A DNA stretch of 64,000 nt from Macrostomum hystrix (Eukaryota > Animalia > Platyhelminthes), in NCBI GenBank assembly GCA_950097015.1, contig CATNEN010000024.1:3348001-3412000 (forward strand), written 5' to 3'. Numbering within the stretch: the first letter of the stretch is position 1; each line of letters begins with the position of its first letter. The notes below the pieces were generated by a model that searched no databases, was not told the origin of the DNA, and saw only the letters and a program-made list of their open reading frames with translations. The translations under genes were made by a program, and so were the position numbers. Below, in pieces: positions 26,389 to 36,845 of this stretch.

Positions 26389-29199
26389 TCACCGACCCGT
26401 TGAATCCAGCTACCAGACTCAGCAGCGAGTGTATCAGTATCAGCAGCAGCAGCAGCAGCAGTATTACACGGCTCAGAGACAGAGACAGCAGCCTATTGTT
26501 CGGATCGCCGCACAGCAGCAGCAGCCAGTGGAGCCAATCTCAGACCGCGAGCGACTTCTCCTCGAGGAGCTGGCCAAGGCGCAGGTGCAGTTGAAGGAGC
26601 TCCGGCGGGCGGCTTCTGTGGACGCCGATACTCAGCCGCTGGACTCGCTGGACACGGGAGTTCCTCCCCAGCAGCAGCAACAGCAGCAGCAGCTGCAATG
26701 GCCAACTGGACAACAGCAGCAACGACCGAAGCTGAGGGGTGAGCAATGTGCAAATTCAAAGTTTAAACAATTCTATAATGCTTTGACGATGAATGCTTGT
26801 AAGTCGTTTTTTTTAAAACACAGCCCATGTTGCTTGTCACTTGTCAAACTCTGCACTTGCTAACATCTGCTGTCAAATATTTCTCGCGTTATTGTAAAGC
26901 CTTTCCTAAAACGCAATTCGTTGTTTTTTGTGTTTTTTTCAAATCTGCCTTCACGCTTGACCCGGTCTTTGATCTTAGCTGTTTGACATTAAATTTTGCC
27001 GGCCTGCTAGAAAAAAACACAATAGCAGTTTTCGCGCAGCATCGAAAAATTTTTTTCTGAGATTTTAAAGCAGAAAGTTTAGCGTTTTAAACAAAATTAG
27101 CTGGCAGAAGATGGCCAAACCTTTCTCTCTATTCAAAATGAGCATCACTTCATCTTTATATTCTTCTCAGCGCATTCCTCCATTGTTACAACAGAGTTTG
27201 AGTTCTAAGAGCAGAGCGAATATAAATTTGCGTTCGGTGTTGTACTTTTGTTTTCATTTGTGTCTTACTTTATGCTGCACGTCTGAGAGCACTGAGTGCG
27301 ATTCCCGAGAGCCACTCCGCTTGCCCCGCAACAACTCGTACAATGAGACACCTCAATGTAGTTAGCCTGCTTCAATTTAGTGCCATTCCCCTCCTCAAGT
27401 ACTCTTTCTTGTCATCCATTCAGAGTCTTCCCTTCAAACTCTTCCCCTCAAATTCCCCCCCTCCCTGTCTTCATCTCAAAATCTTTCCTTCAAAGTCTTC
27501 CCCTCAAAATCTTCCCCTCAAAGTCTCCCCGTCAAAATCTTCCCCTCAAAGTCTCCCCGTCAAAATCTTCCCCTCAAAGTCTTCCCCTCAAAGTCTTCCC
27601 CTCAAAGTCTTCCCCTCAAAGTCTTCCCCTCAAAGTCTTCCCCTCAAAGTCTTCCCCTCAAAGTCTTCCCCTCAAAGTCTTCCCCTCAAAGTCTTCCCCT
27701 CAAAGTCTTCCCCTCAAAATCTCTCCCTCAAACTCTTCCCCTCAAACTCTTCCCCACAAACTCTTCCCCTCCCTGTCTTCCCCTCAAGCTATTCCCCTTC
27801 CTGTTTCCACCTTACTGTCTTCGGCTCAAATTTTTCTCCTCAAAGTCTTTTTTTCTCCTCCCCGTCTTCCACTCCGTCTCCGGACAGAATGTTTCCTGTC
27901 TGTCCTTCCTGTCCCCCCCATCTAAAACCGAGAATTGCACACTAGCTTTTTCATAGAAGGCCAATAAGGCAGCTGAGACAGCTGAGCCACTGTCTAGCAC
28001 CTACTTACATACACGCCTGCCGAAATCACTGCATTCAACTAGCTCGTAAAGGCGCTGCACCGCCGGCGGTTCCGCCGCGCCGCAGTTCGTCGATGCGCGA
28101 GCCAACGAGTAGAACGACACCTTTGACGCCGCTATTGGCGTCAGCGGCAGCGGACGATGCGGAAACCGACGAAAATGATGACAGTGCCGGGACAAAAGTC
28201 CGCTTGCCCCGCTTCCCGGCTAGAAGCAGTCCGGCCACCATCAGTAGGCCAAGAGCTCTAGGGAGGTGGTGGACAAGAATGCATTGGTGGATTCTTGGAT
28301 GGTGCGGCGTGGGGAAGACGGCGAGGGGTAGGTTAGACAGAGGGAGGGATAGGTTAGACAGAGGGAGGGGTAGGTTAGACAGAGGGAGGGATAGGTTAGA
28401 CAGAGGGAGGGGTAGGTTAGACAGAGGGAGGGATAGGTTAGACAGAGGGAGGGGTAGGTTAGACAGAGGGAGGGGTAGGTTAGACAGAGGGAGGGATAGG
28501 TTAGACAGAGGGAGGGGTAGGTTAGACAGAGGGAGGGGTAGGTAAAAACAGTGAGAGATAGAGAGAGAAAGGGAGTGGAAAACAGAAAGACAGGAAGGGG
28601 AAATCATGGAGACGGGGAGGTAAAGAGGCATGGAAGTGGAAGCATGAGGGAGTGTGGATCAGAGTGAAAGTGGTACGAAAGAGAGATTGAGTTTGCGAGA
28701 ATATTGAATTGCACGTGATTCTTAAAGCAACTTAAATGTTTTGTGTTCAGCCTCTGCACCTATAGATTAGTCGGCGTTGCGTTTGCTGCTGCGAAAGTAA
28801 TAGATGGTCCTCGGCTGAAAAGCATTTAAGTAGTATATAGGAAGGAGGTAAACAATGCCCAGCGCAATCTTATTTCTCATAATTGTTTCAGCGGCTTCCT
28901 CATTCGACAATTACGACGTCGCCGGATCGGCAACGGCCGGGACGGCCGCCGGCCGGGACTGCAGGCGCGACTTCCCGTCCGGACTGCGGCAGGCGACATT
29001 GGGACGAACCAGACACCACAGCGCCTACCAGCACGGACTGGTGAGGCCGCGGCTTCACCCTCAGAACTGTTGCCATGGTGACTGGCCGGGGCTTCACCCT
29101 CAGAACTGTTGCCATGGTGACTGGCCGGGGCTTCACCCTCAGAACTATTGCCATGGTGACTGGCCGGGGCTTCATTCAAAAACATTCTCTGTCTGTCTA

Positions 29200-29276
<77 letters not shown>

Positions 29277-32200
29277 GTCTTAAAATGTTTGTAAAAATTA
29301 TAAAAGTTATAAAATGTTTGTAAAAATTATAAAAGTTATAAAATGTTTGTAAAAATTATAAAAGTTATAAAATGTTTGTAAAAATTATAAAAGTTATAAA
29401 ATGTTTGTAAAATCTCAAACAAAAATTAGGTCAGTCAAAATAAAAAGCACGAAAACCAAAAGAATCGTGCAACTGTATAGTGTGATCGTGGCTGCACATT
29501 CAGGTCAGGCGGTTAAGAGGGTCAGGCGGGGCTGTGCTTTTTGGTGTTTGCACCAAAAAATGGTTGCCTGTCATAAAGAAACGACGGAAAAACACATTCC
29601 AAAACAGAAAAGCTTTTGGGGCCGGCTTAGAAGAATGAACTGAGCGACATCGCGTTCATGGCTATTGCTGCCGGCCCGAGTCTCACCTGTTAAAGGGGCG
29701 ATGAGACAGGCTAGGGAGGAAAATTATGCTAATAAGATTTCACTGCCAGACTCTGGCCAGGCCAGCCAATCTAAAGCAGTCTTCGCAACAGTTAAACCAA
29801 ACACAAGTCAGGCTTGAGGGCATAATGATAAAGCGTTGAGCTTACGAGGACAAGTTACGCGACCTTGGTAAACATACGATTCTTAAAAGAAAAAAAATTT
29901 AAATGCAGGCCTCTCCACAGAGGGTGGACAACACCGGCAGCTTTGGCGGCGGAGTCGGCGACCTAGTCTATGGCCAATCCTCATCGGGCCTTCTGTCCGC
30001 CGCCGATTACGACACTGCGGCGTCGATTGCAGCTGCGTCTGCGTCGCACAATGTCCGTGGAATTCACGCAGTTAAGTGTCGAGCAGCTCAGCAGAAGCTT
30101 CAGCAGCAACAACTGCAGCAGCAGCAGCAGCCGGGTTCCGGACCTCTCAGCGCCAACAGAATGCGCACACTAACAATGTCAACGCCGCATCTGACTCAGC
30201 ACCCGAAGCACGCCCATTTCAACTTTGTCAATCACCTGGCAGTACGGGATCAGACAGCTGCGCACCGAGGTAAGCGATTTGAAAGACGGCACGGGAGTTT
30301 GGGATTCTTTGGGATCTGATGGTACAAAATTTTTGTATCGTATGCGTCCGCCATGCCTTATATACTGTGCATCAGCTTAAACTCAGTGCTGGATTCGAAC
30401 TCGTATCGTACCCTAAAATCAGATAATCCTCCGATTTCTAAGAGAAAACAAAAAACCAAAGCAAAACAGACTGTGCCACGCAATTTCTAGTTGCCAGCCA
30501 GCCAGCAATGACCATTGTGCCAGTCATACTGATAGTCCCGGCACCTGGTAACGGATCGGGCTGTGGCTATGCCACCAGCCTTGACTTTAACAGCTGGCAG
30601 CAGCCGCAGCCAACACTCGAGCGTTTGCAGTCCCGCGAGTCTTGGTGGGGCGGCGTTGGAAATAATAAGCAGCAGCAGCAGCAGCAGCAGCGCACTCAGC
30701 GACTGGCCTCCGTGCAGCTGGTTCGAGCATGTGGCAACTCGATGTCGAGTGGCATGGATCAAGGCTCCGCCGCTGAAAGCCAGCGAAGTAGGGTCAGGGA
30801 TCGCCTGAACACTACGGACTCTGTGTTTGCCCCAGTCACGCTTTCACAGCTCTAATCAGTCTAATCCAGGCTGTGCTAATCCTTAATCCGCTAACAACTG
30901 TCCAGATTCTAACACAGCCGGGGGCGGGCAGTTTTAGTCCGGAACACAAATTTACACAAATCGCTAAATCATGACGAAAGTCAGGCCCAATAACAAACCA
31001 TGTTTGAAACTGCTTCCTAACATTTTTAACAAACTGAATTTAATTGCACGCGAGACTTTGAAGATTCGAAAAAATAAAGAATACGAACATCTTTTGAGCA
31101 TTATTTGAGAGATGTGTACTTTTGCAGTAAAAGTAAGTGTACTTTTCTATCTCCTTAAAGCTACTTCTCTTAGATGTTCCCAGTTGGGCCAAATGTACAG
31201 CCAGTGAGGCACAGCCGCAGCTATTCAAAGGCTGTGTACCGTTGTTCAGTCCATGGACTGTGGAAGCCGCGATGCCAACTCAAACATTTTGCTCACTTCG
31301 TGTTTTCCCAAGGATAAATTGCTCTATTTGGCAGAGATTCGAACCCCCGACGTTTAAGTCAAAATTGTAAAAATTTGAGCACATTTTGTCGCACAAAAGT
31401 ACATTTGGGAATCTGCGAACTGAATGATGAAAAAAGAGAACACGGAACAGAGTCTAAAGAATGGATTTGACCCATAGATTAAAGCCTGCGTTTTAGCAAT
31501 ATTATTGAATATTCAAGCATCGTCTAATACAGTATCAGCGTAAATTGCTAGCGGGTTTTGCCCCCCCCATCCTAGAGGCAGACCAAATACAGAGACTAGT
31601 GGACGTATAGACAGACAGAAAGGCAGATCAAAAGAAACAGATAGAAATTTGTGCAAATCGTGCAAATCGCTGTCTGCCTGTCTATGCGTGTTTTTGTGTC
31701 TGTTCACATTGAGATGCGTGCACATTAGCATATGCAAATTAGCTAAAAAATCGGCTACGGACGTGGCACGATTCTCAGCTAACTCGATACATTTGTTGGC
31801 ATTAAACATCTATAAACACGGAAATTCAATACTAAATAGGCTAAAAGCATAGTATCTCTTTATCTTCAAGCTTGAGCGTTGAGGGACACGATATTGGCCT
31901 TGCGATGAAGTTTAGGCGCATGTAAGCAGCAACATTTTAGTTAGTTTCATTTGCTCCAGCTGCTAGCTCTAAAATGTCTATTCGTTGTAAAGTGAAGGCC
32001 GTGTGTAGCAGACCTCCTCATTCTGGGTCGCACGACCCGCCTTGAGAAAATCTCAACGGTGGCGGAGCGGTTAACGCGTTTGCCTCTCGCACCACGGTCC
32101 CTAAGTTCGATTCAACGGCGAGGCCAAGGCGCAGTGAGAGTGTGCACTGCTTGACGACGAAAAAGTCAGGGCAGATGTACACACCTGTGTGAGCGTGTGT

Positions 32201-35200
32201 CTGCATAGGGTATCTGTGTGCGCGTGTGCTCAGGAATCAGCAAAATGACCAGAATTGCCTCCTCGCTGTCTGCGGGTCTAGTGTCACCACTAAATGATGT
32301 GCAGTTGTCCACAGCCCTCATGCAATTATTATTATTATTAGAACATCTCAATAGACGTCTTTCGCAACTCCGTACAGCGGGAATCGATTTCTACTCCGTC
32401 TCCGTCGTGGCTTCGCTTCACCCGATGGTCGGACCTCGGGCCACCCGGCCCCTGGGAGTCCTTCTTCTTCATCCGATTCGGAAGTGATTAAATTGTTCCG
32501 AATTTTGTCTCCTCCAATTCAACGCTAACGAACTAAGCTTCCAAAATCCAACTCGTTCGACTTGGATGTCGCTGCATCAAAGAAAACAAACTTCGTCCGA
32601 ATTCCTATTTCTCCATTGGAGGTCACGAGCTCACGGGCAAGACAGTGTCCAAGTCCGTCCACAATAGATCCTCCGTAAAATCATCATGGCTGCTGCCAGG
32701 CATCACTTCCCTGTCAAGAAGGACCGAAATTTTCGACCGCGAATGACCTTCTCGAGCTTTGCGATTTAAGGGACACCTTGCGCTCCTCCGACCCGCAGGA
32801 CCTCGCGGCATCGCCTTTCAATACTGCCTCTTCAATCTGTCCGTCTCATCTGAATCATCCCTGCCAAAGTGGTCCCTGTGCTCAATCCCCAATAGCCATC
32901 CTCTCACTGGACATCAGAATCACCGAGCGAATTTTGCTCGGCATGTTTAACGACGCTTTGCGCCTGCCACCTTGGCAACATGGCTTCCGCGCCAAGCATT
33001 CGAAAACGACAGCCGTCTTCGACAGTCCATCAATTACTAAACGATCCTCAATGACCCCTCGCACTTTTCCAACGCCTTCATCACTCAGCACCACATCTCC
33101 CACTATGCCCCCCAATCACCTGCCCAATCTTCCTCCAAATCGTATCCTTGGAGAGCGCCTCCCTGGTCGACCAAAGCGTCTCCACTCCGCTGTCCTCTCC
33201 TGAGGGCTAAAACACATACACACTATGGGCAGGATGCGAAGGATACCGAGAGAGGCCAATCAAACCGTATTCACTCTCGTAGGCTCCGCTGCGGTCCGAG
33301 CCTCATCGATGGAACCAGCGCCGCATAGCCACAGACAGCAGTTGCAGCAGCAGCAGCAGCAGCAGCAGAGGTCCCTGGCATCGGCGGCGGCAGCGGCGGT
33401 GGCAGCCAGAGGCGCGGTGAGCGCGCACGCCTCACCAGCTTCAAGGCGAGCAGCCGGCGCGACCTCGTTTGGGGGCATCTACGGTGCCAGGTACAAGGAG
33501 AACGGTGGTGCAGGCTACAGGGTTGGCACCTCCTCTACAGCCGCATCCGCCTCGGCATCGTTTTTAAACGACGACAGCCTGGAGGCGGCCTGTCTCGGCC
33601 CGCCAAAGTTTGTGACGGACACATCGCCAATGTGGTACATGCCAGACGCGAGCAGGGACGATGGTGAGAGAATTTTCTGTCTTCTAGCTTTGCTGCCATT
33701 TGTAACGCAACACTCACAACTGAATCAGTAGTATGCAGCCCTCTAAAATGTTTTTACATTTCATTTCAAACAATACATACCGACACACACTGACAATGGA
33801 AACAGGTAGATAAACACTAGTTGACAAAGGACACAGGTAGATAAGCGTAAGTTCATAATGAACACAGGTAGATAAAAATGCGTTAACAATGGACACAGTT
33901 ATATAGACGCACATTGACAGTGGACACAGGTACATGTATGGACACAAGTCAACATGTCAAACATCCGCTTTGCCCGTACCGCAGCCATTCAGTACCTACG
34001 CGCAATGCCTCCGGGCCGGTTCATTGTGCGCGACAGTCACAGCTATCCTGGCGGCTACGGACTAGCTGTGAAGGTGGCCGAGGTGCCAAAGGGGGCGCCC
34101 GTTAGATCTGAGGACCGCGACATCGAGCTAGTCAGGCACTTCCTCATCGAGCCAACTAGCAAGGGTGTGAGGCTCAAGGGTTGCCCCAATGAGCCGGTGT
34201 TCGCGTCCTTGGCTGCGCTGATCTATCAGCACACAGTCACTCCGCTGGCGCTGCCATGCAAACTCACCCTACCGCCTCTGCCGACGTCAGCGGCGGGATC
34301 CGCGACGGCTCTGGCGCAGCAGCAGCAATTGCCAACCGCTGAATTGGTTGCTGGCATGGATCCAATGCAGATACTGGCACAGGGGGCTGGTGAGTGCGGA
34401 ATACAGTTGATACAGTGTGATGTGGCACTGATGGTGTGTGATATTGGCACTGATCTCGGATCATAGAGTCGTATCTAGTAACAGCAGATTCCAATGAAAC
34501 AAACGAGCCTTCTAAATCCTCCCCTTTGCGGCAGCCTGCAATGTTTTGTACCTGGGCGCCGTGGACCTCGAGTCCCTCACCGGTCCTGGGGGCATCGCAA
34601 AAGCCGTAGATGTCATCCTGCGCTGTCGGGACCGGCTCCGAACTTCCGAGTGCCAGTTCAAGGTGGCCCGCGACGGCATCACCATCACCGACACGAGCCG
34701 GAAGTTGTTCTTCCGCAAGCACTTCCCAACGGCTTGCATCACGCACTGCGGCCTGGATCCGCATGGTCGGATGTGAGTGCCGATGATTTAGCAACTCGAC
34801 TATTTGAATTCGTGCCAAAGTTTTAACGACTAACCGATTGGAACCAACTTTTAATTCTAGCTATCAATCATTTGAGACTCGAGATCTCCAAAGATCAAAG
34901 TGAGTAGTGCCCGATGCTAACTGCTTGATCCATTCTGAGTGAAGTAAATTAATTTAATTCAGCTAATTTTTTAAAGCATCGGTTTCATCCCTTTCAACAG
35001 ATATTTAGCCATCCGACCACTAGACTCAAGTGGCAGTCTCGGGTGTCTACCAAGTGATAGTCTAGGGTGTCTAACGAGTGACAGTCTAGGGTGTCTAACG
35101 AGTGACAGTCTAGGGTGTCTAACGAGTGACAGTCTAGGGTGTCTAACGAGTGACAGTCTAGGGTGTCTAACGAGTGACAGTCTAGGGTGTCTAACGAGTG

Positions 35201-35654
35201 ACAGTCTAGGGTGTCTAACGAGTGACAGTCTAGAGATCAATGGGACAGTCTATAGAGATTCGAGTATTACTTCTAGCGATCAGAGCGATAGACTGACAAA
35301 GTAAAAACTAAATTAGAAGGGCGCTGCGTTCAGGTTTATTGGAGACAGTCCTTCATATATTTTGATATAATCTGTTTCTGTTTTTAGATTACACAGTTGC
35401 AGGATTAAACTTCTAACACCTAGTTTGCGACGAAACTCATAAATTAATGCGCCAACATGTGATTATTCTTTTAACCAAGAATAGTTTTTTTCTGCTTTTC
35501 ACCCAGAATATTTGGCTTCATCGCTCGTAAGAGTACATCCGGTTCGGACCACACCGGAGTGATTGTGACTGAGATCGAGGACTATCAGCCAGCTGAGGCA
35601 GTTATTCAGTTTGTTTGCAAATACCTCATTAGCGGCAGAGGCGCCTTGAGTTGA
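18433..35654 (+). CDS. TNS: Tensin (PTP-like + C2 + SH2 + PTB), multi-exon gene model
   Basis: Exons join in phase: 18433-18811, 19040-19233, 19345-19538, 22736-23032, 23394-23608, 24725-24829, 25272-25418, 26232-26738, 28043-(28243 or 28327), 28892-29040, 29921-30269, 30524-30787, 33283-33663, 33985-34389, 34535-34772, 34861-34899, 35507-35654 (TGA). Tensin-type motifs: EFHYVTESIAV, FNWPEGLAP, VVHCRGELGR, PSQKRYVNYFAGLLSG, LLGDVLIK, LRCDSYED, KFVTDTSPMWYMP, FIVRDSHSYPGGYGLAVKV, ESLTGP, RKLFFRKHFP, IFGFIARK, QPAEAVIQFV. Domain exons are secure; linker exons less so. Confidence 0.93.
19040..19233 (+). CDS. TNS: Tensin PTP-domain exon with Q14 insertion
   Basis: Acceptor CTAACTGCCAG; LQLTHNFKLFTLSEPQPDL resembles tensin YLLFNLSERRPDI; donor CAG|GTGAGT. 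Confidence 0.85.
19345..19538 (+). CDS. TNS: Tensin PTP-domain exon (WP loop and P-loop)
   Basis: VRDFNWPEGLAPTLDSLCDLCKAVEAWINCGTANVAVVHCRGELGRLATFLMAYMYY; canonical splice sites. Confidence 0.92.
19570..19990. repeat. Minisatellite, about 28-nt unit CTCCCTCATCGATCCGCCACTCACCCCA
   Basis: About 15 diverged copies right after a tensin donor. Confidence 0.9.
21225..22725. repeat. Minisatellite, 43-nt unit GGGTAAGAGAATCAAGTGGGATGATGGGTGTCAAACAATTCTA
   Basis: About 35 copies; homogeneous centre, variant edges. Confidence 0.95.
22736..23032 (+). CDS. TNS: Tensin PTP/C2 junction exon
   Basis: LSIKRFHDDRL...PSQKRYVNYFAGLLSGSFRI...YLERLLLHGLP; phase 2-2; donor CA|GTGAGT. Confidence 0.92.
23394..23608 (+). 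CDS. TNS: Tensin C2-domain exon
   Basis: VRIRPHLKLLGDVLIKLYFK...LLRIQ...LYKQDLDLACD; acceptor CCCCACAG, donor G|GTGAGA. Confidence 0.9.
23645..24545. repeat. Quasi-palindromic minisatellite, 17-nt unit TTCAGAAATTCTGTGAA
   Basis: About 45 copies plus related diverged flanks. Confidence 0.95.
24725..24829 (+). CDS. TNS: Tensin C2 end exon
   Basis: DPNFPASSRAELQF resembles tensin DRFPEYGKVEFVF; phase 1-1; donor G|GTAAGT. Confidence 0.85.
25272..25418 (+). CDS. TNS: Tensin exon with RxDSYE motif
   Basis: LRCDSYEDVN resembles tensin IRWDSYDNF; acceptor TTCTATAG, donor T|GTGAGT. Confidence 0.8.
25455..26025. repeat. Minisatellite, about 19-nt unit CTCTGACTCATGATTCACT
   Basis: About 30 variable copies. 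Confidence 0.92.
26232..26738 (+). CDS. TNS: Tensin linker exon (polyQ/polyA)
   Basis: Acceptor TTTTCACCAG, 169 open codons, donor G|GTGAGC, phase 1-1. Confidence 0.7.
27480..27790. repeat. Minisatellite, 14-nt unit AAAGTCTTCCCCTC
   Basis: About 20 copies. Confidence 0.92.
28043..28327 (+). CDS. TNS: Tensin linker exon (PPAVPPRRSSSMR); 3' boundary ambiguous
   Basis: Acceptor TTCAACTAG; phase-1 donors at 28244 and 28328, with further copies in the adjacent repeat. Confidence 0.55.
28323..28545. repeat. G-rich minisatellite, 21-nt unit GGTTAGACAGAGGGAGGG(G/A)TA
   Basis: About 10 copies. Confidence 0.93.
28892..29040 (+). CDS. TNS: Tensin linker exon
   Basis: Acceptor TTGTTTCAG, donor CTG|GTGAGG, phase 1-0. 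Confidence 0.65.
29051..29412. repeat. Three abutting repeats: 39-mer x3 (29051-29172), (TCTG)n (29186-29280), 29-mer x4 (29282-29412)
   Basis: Direct inspection. Confidence 0.9.
29921..30269 (+). CDS. TNS: Tensin linker exon
   Basis: Acceptor CTCTCCACAG, donor AG|GTAAGC, phase 0-1, open frame. Confidence 0.65.
30524..30787 (+). CDS. TNS: Tensin linker exon (boundaries uncertain)
   Basis: Phase-1 acceptors before 30524 or 30536; donor A|GTAGGG at 30788 gives phase 1, matching the next exon. Confidence 0.5.
31180..31360 (-). mobile_element. SINE family B copy
   Basis: B-box GGTTCGAATCT (31335-31345, minus) and core GCGGCTTCCACAGTCCATGGACTGAACA. Confidence 0.6.
32057..32339 (+). mobile_element. 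tRNA-derived SINE, family A, copy with target-site duplication
   Basis: A-box-like TGGCGGAGCGG, B-box GTTCGATTC, conserved body, (ATT)n tail; flanked by AGAAAATCTCAA (32045-32056) and AGAACATCTCAA (32340-32351). Confidence 0.85.
32700..33200 (+). mobile_element. Decayed non-LTR retrotransposon (LINE) reverse-transcriptase fragment in a tensin intron
   Basis: 32880-33025 reads SPIAILSLDIRITERILL...LPPWQHGFRAKHSKTTAV, matching the RPI(S/A)LL...ER...QxGFR...ST pattern of non-LTR RTs; no YADD region is visible. Confidence 0.7.
33283..33663 (+). CDS. TNS: Tensin exon leading into SH2
   Basis: Ends KFVTDTSPMWYMPDASRDD (tensin KFVQDTSKYWYKPEISREQ); donor G|GTGAGA. Confidence 0.9.
33985..34389 (+). 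CDS. TNS: Tensin SH2-domain exon
   Basis: AIQYLRAMPPGRFIVRDSHSYPGGYGLAVKV...LVRHFLIEPTSKGVRLKGCPNEPVFASLAALIYQHTVTPLALPCKL; SH2 FLVR arginine intact. Confidence 0.96.
34535..34772 (+). CDS. TNS: Tensin PTB-domain exon
   Basis: ACNVLYLGAVDLESLTGP...FKVARDGITITDTSRKLFFRKHFP...CGLDP. Confidence 0.96.
34861..34899 (+). CDS. TNS: Tensin PTB 39-nt micro-exon (YQSFETRDLQRS)
   Basis: Branch-like GACTAAC near 34829, acceptor TTTTAATTCTAG, donor AA|GTGAGT, phase 2-2; sits where tensins have a short exon before LFGFVARK. Confidence 0.75.
35020..35235. repeat. Minisatellite, 24-nt unit GAGTGACAGTCTAGGGTGTCTAAC
   Basis: About 8 copies. Confidence 0.92.
35507..35654 (+). CDS. TNS: Tensin terminal PTB exon
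   Basis: IFGFIARKSTSGSDHTGVIVTEIEDYQPAEAVIQFVCKYLISGRGALS*; acceptor TTTTCACCCAG. Confidence 0.93.
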
Positions 35655-35709
35655 AGCCAAAGCAACAGCTTTGTACTTAGTACTGTTTATTATAGTACTT
35701 ATAGTACCG

Positions 35710-35715
35710 AATAAA
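35710..35715 (+). terminator. Polyadenylation signal AATAAA of tensin
   Basis: AATAAA about 55 nt after the stop codon, followed by AT-rich sequence. Confidence 0.5.
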
Positions 35716-36344
35716 TCAATATACAGATAAATTATATGACACTTATTTACTATTTAGGCCTATATTTACTCTGCACCGGAGCCATGTCTATGCATTCTTA
35801 CCAAAGTTTCTACGAGTAATACAAAGTAATACTCGTACAATTATAGCATTGCATCACTGCACGCGCAATAGGAAATTCAGTTAGTTTATGAGCGCGTTTT
35901 CAACTTCCATTTACACAGATAAAAAGTCAGGAATATAGACAGGAAAAGTCCAATAATTATGCTTATATTTTTATCGAAGTCATATTTTTAATCATGAATT
36001 TTCTATTGGAGTTTAACATCATGATTCGAACGTTTAATATAAAAACTGACGATCATTAAAACAAAACCTTTTTCTTTTCCTTATTTTCCATCTACAGATT
36101 TATATTTTTCCGCATATTTTTTTGTTTACAATTAAATTTTCTGGATTAAATGACTTTTTTATGATTGTATTTATATAATCATTTATTTAAACGAACATAC
36201 TAGCTAGTCTATCTTATCTTTTTTGGATTTTTATTAAAGTTTCAAGTTTTTTCCTTTTATATAATTCTAAGTAATGAGTAATGAGTAATAATAGTATTAA
36301 CAAGAATAAAAAACTGTTTGTGCCATAAAAATAATAATAAATGT

Positions 36345-36449
36345 TTATGTCTTATTAGTTAAAATGGGTTATGGCCTTTTTAAAAACGGAACTATGGCGT
36401 CTTACAGAAACAATTTTAGAAAAAATTAATAATAATAATAATAATTATG

Positions 36450-36500
<51 letters not shown>

Positions 36501-36845
36501 CAACGTGATTGACATAACAGAAGCAATTAGTTATCAATTTATTTGTTTATTTCAGCTGAAAAATACTATATCATTATCTGATTGCTTTATTGAATTAAAA
36601 AACTGGTTTTTACTATTAAAAAATCGAAAAAATAAATTTATAAAAATGTTAAATTAGTGAAAAGGATTTTTGGCCTTTTAAAAATGGAACTATGGCGTCT
36701 TGCAGAAACATTATTAGGAAACAAGAAGTTGAAAATGTCGCCCAATGTGATATCAACGTGATTGACATAACAGAAGCAATTAGTGATCAATTTATTTGTT
36801 TATTTCAGCTGAAAAATTTTTATATCATTATCTAATTGCTTTATT
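36345..36845. repeat. Diverged direct duplication of about 300 bp containing an (AAT)n microsatellite (36428-36500)
   Basis: GGAACTATGGCGTCTT and ATCAACGTGATTGACATAACAGAAGCAATTAG each occur twice, colinearly. Confidence 0.85.

Noticed and set aside
27288-27357. Extra tensin linker micro-exon (TECDSREPLRLPRNNSYNETPQ)
   Set aside because: The available acceptors give phase 0 or 2 rather than the required phase 1, and the donor is weak.
32058-32128. tRNA gene
   Set aside because: No cloverleaf; it continues into the SINE body, tail and TSD.
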